Source of the DNA: an uncultured Acidobacteriota bacterium
GTDB taxonomy: Bacteria; Acidobacteriota; Thermoanaerobaculia; UBA5066; Gp7-AA6
NCBI GenBank assembly: GCA_963832145.1
Contig: CAWHTA010000005.1
Span: 158,477-222,476 of the forward strand
Length of the DNA stretch: 64,000 bases
Reading direction: 5' to 3'
Shown here: positions 10,364 to 20,012 of the stretch, one piece after another
Layout: every line of letters begins with the position of its first letter
Numbering within the stretch: position 1 is the first letter of the stretch
Position numbers and translations under genes: made by a program
The notes under the pieces: generated by a model
Databases searched by the model: none
What the model was told of the DNA's origin: nothing
The model's input: only the letters and a program-made list of their open reading frames with translations

Positions 10364-11649
10364 CCGAGCTCGTCGCGCACCAGCGGCATCGCCATGCACC
10401 TCGGGCCGCCCCGGGCGCGCGACAGCTCGTGCGCGGCGAGACGGACCGCGTACTTCTTCGACCGCCGGAGGTCGAGGCGGCTCTTGCCGAGCAGCAGGTC
10501 CGCCTCGTCCACGACCTCGTATCCCGCCTTCGAGAGCTCCTCCGCGGTGCGCTCGTTGCGGTCGTACATGAGGAGGACTCCGGGCGCGAGCGCGAAGGCG
10601 TTCGCGCCGTCGGTCCATTGCTCGCGCCTTTCGGAGATCGGATCCGTCCCGCCGCACCGGATCGGCTTCAGGTCGAGACCCTCGGATCGCAGGGCTGCCA
10701 GGACGTCGGTCTCCGACGTCCAGGAGATCGGCTTCCGCGTCAGGTCGCACTGGTAGACGTCGGCCTCCTCGGCTCCGCCCGGCAGAATCATCGGAGCGTA
10801 GATGAGGCACTCGTCGCGCGAGATCATCGTGAACACCGTGTCGAGGTGCATGTACGAGCGGGCCGGCGGCACGGCGACGACGAAGATCCGGCGGACCGGG
10901 GAGCCCTTCTCCTGCAGCGACTCGGCCAGTCGTTCGATCGTCGTTTTCTTCGTTCTCTCGGAGTAGCCCATGAGAAGAATGTCCTCGCGGAGGACGAGGA
11001 TGTCGCCGCCCTCGAGCGTCGGGCGCATCCGGGCGTAGGCCGAGGGACGCCCGTAGTCGGTCGAGAACTCCCGAAACCAGAAGCGGTCCTCCTCCGGACC
11101 CGCGAACCGCGGGTGATACTGGAAGACGTAGCCGGACAGGAGCGGCTCGCGCAGCCTCGCGGACGTCGCCATCGAGCCCCGGATCGCTCGGTCCCCGAGA
11201 ACGACGAGCGGGTCCCTCTGGAAGAAGTAGTTCGGGATCGGGGCAAGCCAGTAGAGCTCCGACGGAGGCGCCGCGACCTCAGCGGGGGGCCGCTCGAGGC
11301 CGGTGACGAGCGCCGAGGCGAGCTCGTCGGCGGAGAGGTCTCGCAGGCGGTAGTCCATGTCCGGCCCCCAGCCGAGCGCGGCGCCCAGGTCTTCGAGCAC
11401 CTCCGCACGCTGCTGCGGCACCTCGAGGACCTCCCCGAGAAGGTCCTGGACGTCGAGGACCTCGCTGGCGACGTAGCCCAGGACCTGCTGGAAGCGGCGG
11501 TGCTCCTCGCGGGCGCGGCTCCCGAAGAGGATGTCGTCGAAGAGGAGCTCCTCCATCATCGCGGGCACCATCCGGTCGATCTCGGGACCCGGAAGGTGGA
11601 CGAGGACGGAGGAGAGCTTTCCGATCTCGGAGTTCACTCGGAGAGGCAT
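10360..11649 (-). CDS. arcA: Arginine deiminase
   Basis: 429-aa intact ORF. MPLRVNSEIGKLSSVLVHLPG..., GGDILVL, and a C-terminal ...PRCMAMPLVRD with the catalytic Cys context. Confidence 0.9.
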   Translation of the reverse strand: MPLRVNSEIGKLSSVLVHLPGPEIDRMVPAMMEELLFDDILFGSRAREEHRRFQQVLGYVASEVLDVQDLLGEVLEVPQQRAEVLEDLGAALGWGPDMDYRLRDLSADELASALVTGLERPPAEVAAPPSELYWLAPIPNYFFQRDPLVVLGDRAIRGSMATSARLREPLLSGYVFQYHPRFAGPEEDRFWFREFSTDYGRPSAYARMRPTLEGGDILVLREDILLMGYSERTKKTTIERLAESLQEKGSPVRRIFVVAVPPARSYMHLDTVFTMISRDECLIYAPMILPGGAEEADVYQCDLTRKPISWTSETDVLAALRSEGLDLKPIRCGGTDPISERREQWTDGANAFALAPGVLLMYDRNERTAEELSKAGYEVVDEADLLLGKSRLDLRRSKKYAVRLAAHELSRARGGPRCMAMPLVRDELG

Positions 11650-11704
11650 CAGAGTTCCCGCAGAAGAGCGCGGGAGTGTATCAGCGGCCGGGCCGCCGGA
11701 AGGA

Positions 11705-12760
11705 TTACGCGGGAGGCGGCAGCGCGGCGAGCGGCTCCGTCTCGTTCGCGTCCTCGATCCGGCGCTCGGCGATTCCGGACAGTCTCCCGCCGAACCGCTC
11801 GAGTGCGCGCGAGGTCTCCTCGTACTTGCTCTGCGCGTTCCGAATGTGATTGCCCAGAGTCTGGAAGGGCACTTCCACGCGGCCCCACTCCTTCTCGAGC
11901 TCGGAAAGCCGTTCGAGGATGTCCTGCGCGCCCTTCTGAAGCTCCATTCCGCGGAGGCCCATCGCGACGGTCGCGAGATAGGTGTAGAGGAGTCTCGGCG
12001 AAACCGGGATCACGCGGCGCTCCGTCGCGTAGTCGGCCAGGGGGGCGCCCTCGTCGTCCGAGACGATCTCGCAGTACACGGCTTCGGCCGGAACGTACAT
12101 GAGCGCGAAATCGAAGGTTCCGTCGAACGGACGGATGTACTTCCCCTGGATTGCGTCGACGTGACGCTTCACGTCGCCGGCGAACTCGCGCCGCGCCTTC
12201 TTGCGGTCGACCTCCTCCGGTGCCTCCCTCGCCTTCCGGAAGTTCTCGAGCGGGAACTTACTGTCGACGGGGACAATCCGATCCCCGAGAAAGATGGCGG
12301 CATCCACGATCGTCCGATCGGGGAACACGTGCCGCATCGCCCATGAGCCGGGCGGCAGCGCTTCCCGCAGGGCCTGTTCGAGGAATGTCTCCCCCAGGTT
12401 TCCGCGGATCTTCGGGGGCTTCAGGAGGTCCTCGAGACGCGTCATGTCCCCGGCCAGACGCTCGATCCGCTCCGAGGCCTGGAAGACGCGCCCGATCTTC
12501 TCGTGCACCGACCCGAGCGTGTCCGCGACGTTCTTCTGCCCCTCGACGAGACGGGTCTCGACCGCGGACACCCTCTCGCCGACCGACCGCCGCAGCTCGT
12601 CGACCCGCCGGTCCATCGACTCCGACGATCCGCGAACCGCGGCGATCTCTGCGAGAACGCGGTCGAGGCGGGGGTCCTCCCCGCGGGGGCGGCGCAGGAG
12701 CGCCACGACACCGATCACGAGTAGGGCGCCGACGACCGCCGCGAGGAGGATTTCGATCAT
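11705..12760 (-). CDS. rmuC: DNA recombination protein RmuC
   Basis: 351-aa ORF with an N-terminal TM and coiled coil. RGNLGETFLEQAL...VDSKFPLENF...ALMYVPAEAVY matches the RmuC family. Confidence 0.85.
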   Translation of the reverse strand: MIEILLAAVVGALLVIGVVALLRRPRGEDPRLDRVLAEIAAVRGSSESMDRRVDELRRSVGERVSAVETRLVEGQKNVADTLGSVHEKIGRVFQASERIERLAGDMTRLEDLLKPPKIRGNLGETFLEQALREALPPGSWAMRHVFPDRTIVDAAIFLGDRIVPVDSKFPLENFRKAREAPEEVDRKKARREFAGDVKRHVDAIQGKYIRPFDGTFDFALMYVPAEAVYCEIVSDDEGAPLADYATERRVIPVSPRLLYTYLATVAMGLRGMELQKGAQDILERLSELEKEWGRVEVPFQTLGNHIRNAQSKYEETSRALERFGGRLSGIAERRIEDANETEPLAALPPPA

Positions 12761-12816
12761 GGTTTCAGCTTAGAGGCCGGTCGGGACAAATGACGTCCCA
12801 CCTTCGAATCCGTTTC

Positions 12817-13773
12817 TTAGGGACCTCGCCGGTCGCGACCGAGATCGAACGGCAGGGTGACTCCGACCTCAAAGGCCCGCCCCGAGTGCGTGTCCGTACC
12901 ACTCACGTACTCGACGTACGACGCGAACAGCTCGACGTTCTTGAGCTGGTAGGCCAGTCCCGCTCCCAGGTGAAAGAAGTTGTCGCGAAGCAGGCGGTCG
13001 TGTTGCTCAATCCGCTCCGGGGTGTCCGCGTCTCCGGGCGGAAGGAGGTCGGAGGGCGGAGGCGAGCCCAACCGAAGGCCGCCGTGCGTGCGCTGCCACG
13101 CGGCGAACCCCCGCGAGTATAGGTCCCGATTGAGCTGATAGCCGACCTCCACGCGGACGTTGCTCCGGTCGTTCCGAATGTCGATCACGCGTTCCACGAA
13201 GGCGTAGGAGTAGCGGCCCTGTACGGAAAGCTTCGGCGAAATCCCGTCGAGCCGCTGTCCGGCGTCCACGGCGATGCGCACTTCCTCCAGGTTCCTTCCG
13301 ATCACGGCCTCCCCCCGGTACTCGTAGTCGTGGCTCGGCACCCCCACGGAGACCGAGGGCGTGAGAGCGAAGGCCGATCCGGTCGACCCGACCGCGTTGT
13401 ACCGGGCCGTGAGGCCGAAGTCCTGCCATCCGCTGTGCCAGCAGTGGCACTGGTCCCTCGGAAAAAAAGGAACGAAGGGCGGGGGCGGGTCCTGGCTCGT
13501 CCACTTCGAGAACACGTAGGGCAGCGCCGCCGACAGAGTGAACCGGTCGGTGATCGCGTATTCGACGTCCAGGTAGATGGCCGCGTTCGAGCTCTCTCCG
13601 CTCTCGATCAGCGTGCCGTCGGTCAAGCGGTGTCCGGTGTTGTCGATCCAGTGGAACGAGAGACTGACGGACCCGACCCCGGCCGGCGCGACCCAGGACT
13701 GCGCCGCAGCCGGATCGGACATCGCGAGAACGCCGGCGACGGCGAGCGATCCAGGCGTCAACGCCCTTCTCAT
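12817..13773 (-). CDS. Putative outer-membrane beta-barrel protein
   Basis: Signal peptide ending AAAQS, alternating amphipathic beta-strand pattern, aromatic-rich turns. The family is not identified with confidence. Confidence 0.5.
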   Translation of the reverse strand: MRRALTPGSLAVAGVLAMSDPAAAQSWVAPAGVGSVSLSFHWIDNTGHRLTDGTLIESGESSNAAIYLDVEYAITDRFTLSAALPYVFSKWTSQDPPPPFVPFFPRDQCHCWHSGWQDFGLTARYNAVGSTGSAFALTPSVSVGVPSHDYEYRGEAVIGRNLEEVRIAVDAGQRLDGISPKLSVQGRYSYAFVERVIDIRNDRSNVRVEVGYQLNRDLYSRGFAAWQRTHGGLRLGSPPPSDLLPPGDADTPERIEQHDRLLRDNFFHLGAGLAYQLKNVELFASYVEYVSGTDTHSGRAFEVGVTLPFDLGRDRRGP

Positions 13774-16365
13774 GAGGGGAGCCCCACGCGGCGGACCGCC
13801 TCGCGGAATCTCGGATCGTCGCGAACCGCGTCCCAGGCGCGATCGACGTTCAGGAACACGAGCCCGGGACTTCGCTCCTCGAATGCGGAGTCGATGTGAG
13901 CGAGAGCGCTCTCCCGCTCGCCGAGCCGGGCGTAGGCCCTCGCGAGGTCGAGCGGCGAGGTGTAACCGCCTTCTTCGAGCCGGCCGCGCAGGCCGAGCAG
14001 CTCCCTCTCGGCGAGGGCTCGATCAATGCGGCGATAGCCCTCCAACCCCCGTGCAGTCTCCAGGAGCTCGCGAAGCGAGTCGTCCCCGGCCGCGTCGAGA
14101 ATCCTTCGGAGGGAAGCGATTGCCTCGTCGAAACGCCCCTGCTTGCGACGGACCTCGGCGAGTCCGAAGTACGCGCGCGGGTCGCTTCGGGCGACGCCGA
14201 TGACGCTTTCGTAGAGTCGCCCCGCCTCGTCGAGCTGGCCGCCGAAGAGGAGGAAGTCGGCCTCCTTGAGAACGTAGACCGGACTCAATGGGTCGAGCTC
14301 GCGCGCCCGCCGGGCGAATTGCAGCGCTTCGTCCGTTCGGCCGATAGCCCAGCGCTGCAGGGCGCGCGAGGTGAGGAAGTCGGGTAGAAACCCGCCTCCC
14401 CGCGACTCCAGGGCCCTCTTCCACGCCCGCTCGGCGCCGACCCAGTCCCACTGGAAATAGAAGAGCGCCGACGCGGCCTCGGAGTGAGCGTCCGGGAGGT
14501 CGGGGTCGAGATCGAGGGCTCGGCGTACGAGCTGGGTGACGTTCGACCACGCGTCCGCCGGCTTTTCGTAACCGTCGATCGCCATGATCGCGTGCGTCGT
14601 CGCAAGCGCCCCGTAGGCGAGGGCAAACGTGGGGTCGCGGGCCAGGGCCTGCTGGAGGAGCCAGCGCGCGTCCAGGTAACCGTCTTCGGTCTCGCTTCCC
14701 CAAGAGTGAATGGCGCGGAGGTAGAGCTCGTAGGCGGCGGCGTTCGCGGTGGGACCCCTCGAACTGGCGCCGATCCTCGCCCGTCAGCTCGAGGCGCACT
14801 CCGTCGTGGACGATCGACGCAACGATTTCGTTCCGGGTGCCGAGAACGTCCCCGGCCGCCCGGTCGTAGGAGTGGCTCCACAGTCGTGCGCCGGTCGCGA
14901 CGCTCACGAGCTCCGCCTCGATGTGGACCCGTCCGGAACGGCGCTCGACGATCCCCGCGACGACGGCATCTGCCGACAGCCGCCGGCCCGCTTCCCGCGG
15001 ATCGATCCTCTGGCCCTTAAAGTTCGAGACGGCGCTGCGCGGTTTCACTGTCAGGGATGGGAGGCGGGAGATTCCGCGGATCAGGCTCTCAGTGATGCCG
15101 TCACAGAGATACTCGACCTCTTCGTCCTGAAGCGGGTTCGAAAACGGCAGCACGGCGAGCGAACGGACCACCGGGCTCCGCGGCCAGAGCTGCCAGAAGG
15201 CGATTCCGACAGCGGCGGTGACCACCGCGGCGACTCCGAGCCAGGCCGCGCGCCGCCGCGTCAGCCTTGACCGCTCGCTCTGTGCCTGAGTCTCGCGAAT
15301 GTGACGCAGCTCGGCCGCGAGGTCTCGCGCTCCGGGATACCGGGCGACGGGGTCCTTGGCGAGGCATCGCCCGATCACGGCGCGCAGAGCCGCTGGGACG
15401 GCCGGATTCACGGTCTGGATCGCGCGCGGAGCTTCTACGCGGATCACTTCCAGTGTCCCCGTCCGGGTGTCCCGATCGAAAGCCCTCCTGCCCGCGAGCA
15501 TCTCGTACAGGATCAGTCCGAAGCTGAACTGGTCGGACGCCGGCCCTGCCGGACGACCGGCAGCCTGCTCGGGCGACATGTAGCCGACGGTCCCGAGGAG
15601 ACTTCCCACTTCGGTGACGCCCGACTGACCTGCGAAGGCCGTAGCCGCCGGAGTCGCGAGCGCTCCCCCGCGCTCGCTCTTGGCGATCCCGAAGTCGAGC
15701 ACCTTGACGTGTCCCTCCGGAGTGACCATGACGTTGTCCGGCTTGAGATCGCGATGCACGATCCCCCGGCCGTGCGCGGCCGCGATCGCCTCGGCGAGCG
15801 GCACGGCGAGGTCGAGCGCGGCCTCCAACGACAGAGCGCCGCCCGCGAGGAGCTCGCGGAGCGTCCGCCCTTCGACGAGCTCCATCGCGATGTAGGCGAC
15901 GTCGCCCTCTTCACCGACCCCGTAGATGGTGACGATGTTCGGATGGTTGAGGCCGGACGCCGAACGCGCTTCCTCCTCGAATCGCCGCGAAGAGCCGGGG
16001 TCGAGCGCGACGTCCGCCGGCAGCACCTTGAGCGCTACTTCCCGGTCGAGCCGCACCTCCCGGGCGCGGTAGACCTCGCCCATTCCGCCGGCACCGAGAA
16101 GCGAAAGGACGTCGAAGCCCGCGATTCGCCGACCCGCGAGCGATCCTCCGGAGTCGCGGGCGATCGCGTCGGCCGCCTGCTCGAGGGCTGGCCTCTCGAG
16201 GAACCGGGCGGATTCGTCCTCGTAGGCGAGCAGCGACTGCACCTCGCGCAGCAGCTCTTCGTCGCCGGCACAAGCCTCCTCGAGGAACGCGGCACGGTCG
16301 CCCGATGTGCGCTCGAGGGCCGCGTGATAAACGCGGTCGACCTTCTCCCAGCGGTCAGCGGTCAT
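13770..16365 (-). CDS. Ser/Thr protein kinase - TM - TolB_N-like periplasmic module - TPR repeats; one frameshift near 14757
   Basis: N-terminal kinase (GAGGMGEVYRA, HRDLKPDNV, DFGIAK, GTVGYMSPEQ), a TM segment (AAWLGVAAVVTAAVGIAFW), then LAVLPFSNPLQDEEVEYLCDGITESLI. After ...RRQFE the frame changes; my translation gives RGPTANAAAYELYLRAIHSWG..., which joins ORF 13770..14585 (TPR region). Confidence 0.8.
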
Positions 16366-16964
16366 GGCGAGCGGCCGCCGCCGAGCTCGCGCAGGAGCCA
16401 GACCTTGGCGAGCCTCCAGTCACGCGCCACCGTTTCGGGTGAGACGCCCAGTGCTTCCCCCGCCTCGTCCACGCTCAGGCCGCCGAAGAAGCGCAGCTCG
16501 ACGACCTGGCTCTTTCGGGCGTCGACGACCGCGAGCGCCTGGAGCGCGTCATCGAGAGCCACGAGGTCGGCGCCGCGCTCCGCGGAGACGACAAGCGCTT
16601 CGTCGAACGACACCCTTTTCGCGCCGCCCCCTCTCTTGCGGGAGGCCCGCGAGCGGGCGTGGTCCACGAGGATGCGCCGCATCAGCCGCGCCGACATCGC
16701 GAAGAAGTGGGCCCGGTCCTGCCACCGGACACGGGAGAGGTCGACGAGCCGAAGGTAAGCCTCATTCACGAGCGCGCTCGTCTGGAGCGTGTGGCCTCCG
16801 CGCTCGCGGGCCATCGCACGGCGCGCCAGCCGGCGAAGCTCTCCGTGAACGAGGGGCACCAGATCCTCGAGCGCCGAGGGATCGCCCCGGCCCCAGGCGA
16901 CGAGCAGGTCGGTGACCTGCACCGGTGCCGGCGCCGTCCCCGGGACCTTACGGCTGCTCATCAC
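16362..16964 (-). CDS. ECF-type RNA polymerase sigma factor (TIGR02999-like, kinase-associated type)
   Basis: 200-aa ORF. VTDLLVAWGRGDPSALEDLVPLVHGELRRLA...HTLQTSALVNEAYLRL...DHARSRASRKRGG, with a sigma-4 HTH at the C-terminus. ATGA overlap with the kinase gene. Confidence 0.85.
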   Translation of the reverse strand: MMSSRKVPGTAPAPVQVTDLLVAWGRGDPSALEDLVPLVHGELRRLARRAMARERGGHTLQTSALVNEAYLRLVDLSRVRWQDRAHFFAMSARLMRRILVDHARSRASRKRGGGAKRVSFDEALVVSAERGADLVALDDALQALAVVDARKSQVVELRFFGGLSVDEAGEALGVSPETVARDWRLAKVWLLRELGGGRSP

Positions 16965-17085
16965 GTCGAGGGATCCCCTGCATTCTAAGGCGGCGAAACC
17001 GGCGCGAAACTGTCAATGCCGTTTTCCGGGACGGCCTGACAGCTCTCCTCCCCGTTTCGCGCCTCTCCTATCGAGAGGGGTACAC

Positions 17086-17559
17086 ATGAGCGATTGGTCA
17101 CCGTGGTTTCGCAGCGCGAAGTTCGCAGGTTGTCTCCTGGTCGCGGTCCTTCCCCTGTCGGGGTGCGGGGAAGACTCGCCGACGGGTCCTTCGTACAACC
17201 CGCCAGCCAGTCTGGCGGCTGTCGAGGTGGTTCTGACCCCCGCAACGTCGCCCGAGGGCTACCGTTACGCGTTCACCGTCCACGTGACCGTTCGAGAGCT
17301 CCGCGGTGTCCCGATCGTCGCGAGTTACCGGGGAGTAACCAGTGGTACGGATTACAACTTCCCCATCCGGGAGAGCTTCCCGGGGCCGCTCGCCATCCCA
17401 CCCTCAGGCGTCGGAACGATGGACGCTCTTGTCGAGCACGGCAGTGACGTGCCCTGCCAGACGGGGCTCGACGTCCGCGTGGAGATCCAGGCGGCAGACG
17501 GTTTGACGGCAAGCATCCCGACCGGATTCAACTGCAGCACAGGTTACTGGCCGCTCTGA
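17086..17559 (+). CDS. Small lipoprotein, paralog 1 (C-terminus ...CSTGYWPL)
   Basis: ATG at 17086. Lipobox LPLSGC. 157 aa. Shares architecture and C-terminal motif with 17575..18090. Confidence 0.65.
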   Translation: MSDWSPWFRSAKFAGCLLVAVLPLSGCGEDSPTGPSYNPPASLAAVEVVLTPATSPEGYRYAFTVHVTVRELRGVPIVASYRGVTSGTDYNFPIRESFPGPLAIPPSGVGTMDALVEHGSDVPCQTGLDVRVEIQAADGLTASIPTGFNCSTGYWPL

Positions 17560-17574
17560 CAGGAAGGCCAGCAG

Positions 17575-18090
17575 ATGACCCAGAAGAGGCGGATTTCCAG
17601 CACGACGGTGATCGCGTGCTGTCCCTTGGCTGCGGTGATCCCGATGGGAGGGTGCGATGGCGATACGCCGACAGCTCCCCGGAGGGTGGTCACCATCCAG
17701 CCGACTGCTCTCCCCACGTCCACCCCGACGCCGACCGCGGGGCCGCTCGCTGTCGCCCGATTCACTCTCGTTCCGGCGAGCTTTCCCGGACTCCAGCACG
17801 CTTTCCGGGTTCGCGCCGACCTCACCGAGACACGAGGCGTCGGCGTCTCCGTGACAGCTCTCGGTGTCTCCAGTCGTGGCGGCGGTTACACCTTTCCAAT
17901 TCTGGAGTTGATCGCCGGGGCTTACCTGCCGGCGTACGGAGTCGCAACGGGCGAGCACCTTGTGGGGCACAACGACGACATCCCCTGCGATCGAGGCCTC
18001 CTCGTCGGCGTCCATATCGAGTCGCCGGACGGAAGGACGGGGAACCTCGTCCACGAGTTCGGCTGCGACGAGGGGTATTGGCCGCTCTGA
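17575..18090 (+). CDS. Small lipoprotein, paralog 2 (C-terminus ...CDEGYWPL)
   Basis: 171-aa ORF with a lipobox-like PMGGC and a Pro/Thr linker. The region ...DIPCDRGLLVGVHIESPDGRTGNLVHEFGCDEGYWPL parallels ...DVPCQTGLDVRVEIQAADGLTASIPTGFNCSTGYWPL. Confidence 0.65.
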   Translation: MTQKRRISSTTVIACCPLAAVIPMGGCDGDTPTAPRRVVTIQPTALPTSTPTPTAGPLAVARFTLVPASFPGLQHAFRVRADLTETRGVGVSVTALGVSSRGGGYTFPILELIAGAYLPAYGVATGEHLVGHNDDIPCDRGLLVGVHIESPDGRTGNLVHEFGCDEGYWPL

Positions 18091-18105
18091 TCGAAAGGAA
18101 GACCG

Positions 18106-18528
18106 ATGAAGAAAGTGTCTCTCGCGGCGTTGCTCTCGCTCTCCCTGACCTCTGGATGTTCGGACCAAGCCGGACCCACGGGGCCGGCCGGGTCAACCTT
18201 CCCGCAGAGGTTTCAAGGGACGGTCAGCACGTCGAGCCCCCTCTGCAGCGACTACTTCGACGAGACCCGGCTGCCCTGCGAGAGTTTTCAGATCGTGCCG
18301 CCGACGAGCGGGGTCCTGGACGTCCGGTTGACGTGGTCGGATCCCGCCACTCGCCTCTCGGTGGGATTGAGCGCGACCGCGGCCACGCGTTGGAGCGCGT
18401 GCCCGACTTCCGGCTGCAGCACGCGACTTGGAGTAGTTGGCGGAACCACGTACACGCTGTCTGTCGGGTTGTTGGGAGGTCCGAGCTCGAGCCAGGCATT
18501 CGTCCTGGACGTGGCGCACGAAGATTGA
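18106..18528 (+). CDS. Small lipoprotein 3 (Cys-rich, beta-sandwich-like)
   Basis: 140-aa ORF MKKVSLAALLSLSLTSGC with a lipobox. No recognisable family. Confidence 0.6.
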   Translation: MKKVSLAALLSLSLTSGCSDQAGPTGPAGSTFPQRFQGTVSTSSPLCSDYFDETRLPCESFQIVPPTSGVLDVRLTWSDPATRLSVGLSATAATRWSACPTSGCSTRLGVVGGTTYTLSVGLLGGPSSSQAFVLDVAHED

Positions 18529-18553
18529 CGTTCACGGAGAAAGGAGCGACTTC

Positions 18554-19939
18554 ATGAATCCGAGAGGGTGGAATTCCCTTCTTGTCGTGGCGACTCTCAT
18601 ACTTTTGGGACTCGGTATCGCCGGCGCCGCCGGAGCGGGCGTCAACACGTGGACGAGTGCGGGACCGCCAGGAGCAGACGTTCTGACCATTACCGTCGAT
18701 CCCGCGAATTCCTCGACCATCTACCTCGGTACGCAGAACGGCGTCTTCAAGAGCATCGATGGCGGTGCGAACTGGCGCGCCTCCAATGCGGGTCTCGCCT
18801 CCGGGTTCGTCGCCACCCTGGTGGTTGATCCCTCGAACTCGTCCGTCGTCTATGCCGCGATATCCAACAACGCCTCCGGAATCTACAAGAGCGTCGATGC
18901 CGGAGTCAGTTGGCGGGCGAGCAACGCGGGGATCGCCAGATTGGGAAACCTATTTGTGCAAGCACTCTCCGTCGACTTCAGAAACCCCGCCACGCTCTAC
19001 GCGGGAGCCATGGAATACGGGTGCGAGGGCCCTTGCGCCTTCAAGAGCACGAACGGTGGAGAAACCTGGAGCATCATGGGAGACGGTCGTACTCCCTCGG
19101 ACATCCTGGACTTTGCGATCGATCCCACGGACGCCGCGACACTCTACGCTGCAACTTACGGACTCGGCGTTTTCAAGAGTACCGACGGCGGAGAGAGCTG
19201 GAGCGCCAATAACGCCGGGCTGGCATCCGACCTCGTCTACGACCTCGAGATCGACCCCTCGGCGTCCGCGACGCTCTACGCCGGAACCTTCCGGAATGGT
19301 GTGATTAAGACCACCGACGGCGGCGCGACCTGGAGGTCCGTCAACACGGGTCTGGCCGGAGTCGGCTCCGTCTACGCTCTGGCCATCGACCCGCGGGCAT
19401 CGGGGACTCTGTATACGGGGACGGCCTTCGGCGTCTTCGCGACCCGCAACGGAGGGGAAACGTGGGCGCCGATGAACGCCGGCCTTCTCAATCGGGCAGT
19501 GAATTCCCTGACGATCGACCCCCGGAACCCGGCCCGGCTCTACGCCGGCACGCCGGCAGGCCTCTTCGTCTACCTTGGTGTGCCGGGTTCCTGTGGCCCG
19601 CCGTCGACAACTCTCTGTCTGAACAACGGCCGGTTTGCGGTGACGGCGGAGTGGTTCGATCGGGAAAGCGACTCGGGCGGTCCGGCACGGGCCGTCGCCC
19701 TAACCGCCGACACGGGTTACTTCACGTTCTTCGACGCCGCCAACGTCGAGCTGGTCGTCAAAGTTCTGAACGGCTGCGGTATCAACTCCAGTTACTGGAC
19801 GTTCGCCGCTGGGTTGACCGACGTGGAAATGACTTTCACCCTGACGGACACTGTGACTGGCGCCGCCCGAAGGTACACGAACCCGGAGGGCGTCCCCTTC
19901 CAGCCGATCCAGGATACGGGCGCCTTCGACTGCCGGTAG
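18554..19939 (+). CDS. Secreted BNR/Asp-box beta-propeller protein with a conserved C-terminal module
   Basis: AAGGAG lies 8 nt upstream of ATG 18554. Signal peptide. Repeated xxxSxDGGxxW blocks (KSIDGGANW, KSVDAGVSW, KSTNGGETW, KSTDGGESW, KTTDGGATW, TRNGGETW). C-terminus LCLNNGRFAVTAEW...DTGYFTFF...VKVLNGC. Confidence 0.8.
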   Translation: MNPRGWNSLLVVATLILLGLGIAGAAGAGVNTWTSAGPPGADVLTITVDPANSSTIYLGTQNGVFKSIDGGANWRASNAGLASGFVATLVVDPSNSSVVYAAISNNASGIYKSVDAGVSWRASNAGIARLGNLFVQALSVDFRNPATLYAGAMEYGCEGPCAFKSTNGGETWSIMGDGRTPSDILDFAIDPTDAATLYAATYGLGVFKSTDGGESWSANNAGLASDLVYDLEIDPSASATLYAGTFRNGVIKTTDGGATWRSVNTGLAGVGSVYALAIDPRASGTLYTGTAFGVFATRNGGETWAPMNAGLLNRAVNSLTIDPRNPARLYAGTPAGLFVYLGVPGSCGPPSTTLCLNNGRFAVTAEWFDRESDSGGPARAVALTADTGYFTFFDAANVELVVKVLNGCGINSSYWTFAAGLTDVEMTFTLTDTVTGAARRYTNPEGVPFQPIQDTGAFDCR

Positions 19940-20012
19940 AGATTCGTTCACCCTCCGACTCCGCGGCCTTGTCGCTCGCTCCCGGCGGTGCGAGAATGTC
20001 GCGGAGCGTCAT

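Noticed and set aside
16965-17085. Sigma-70-like promoter for the ECF sigma gene (TTGACA ... TAGAAT on the minus strand) and GAAAC..CGT ECF-like motifs on the plus strand
   Set aside because: The TTGACA/TAGAAT spacing is about 23 nt, far from 17 +/- 1. The ECF-like matches are short and non-unique. I cannot support a promoter call without group-specific models.
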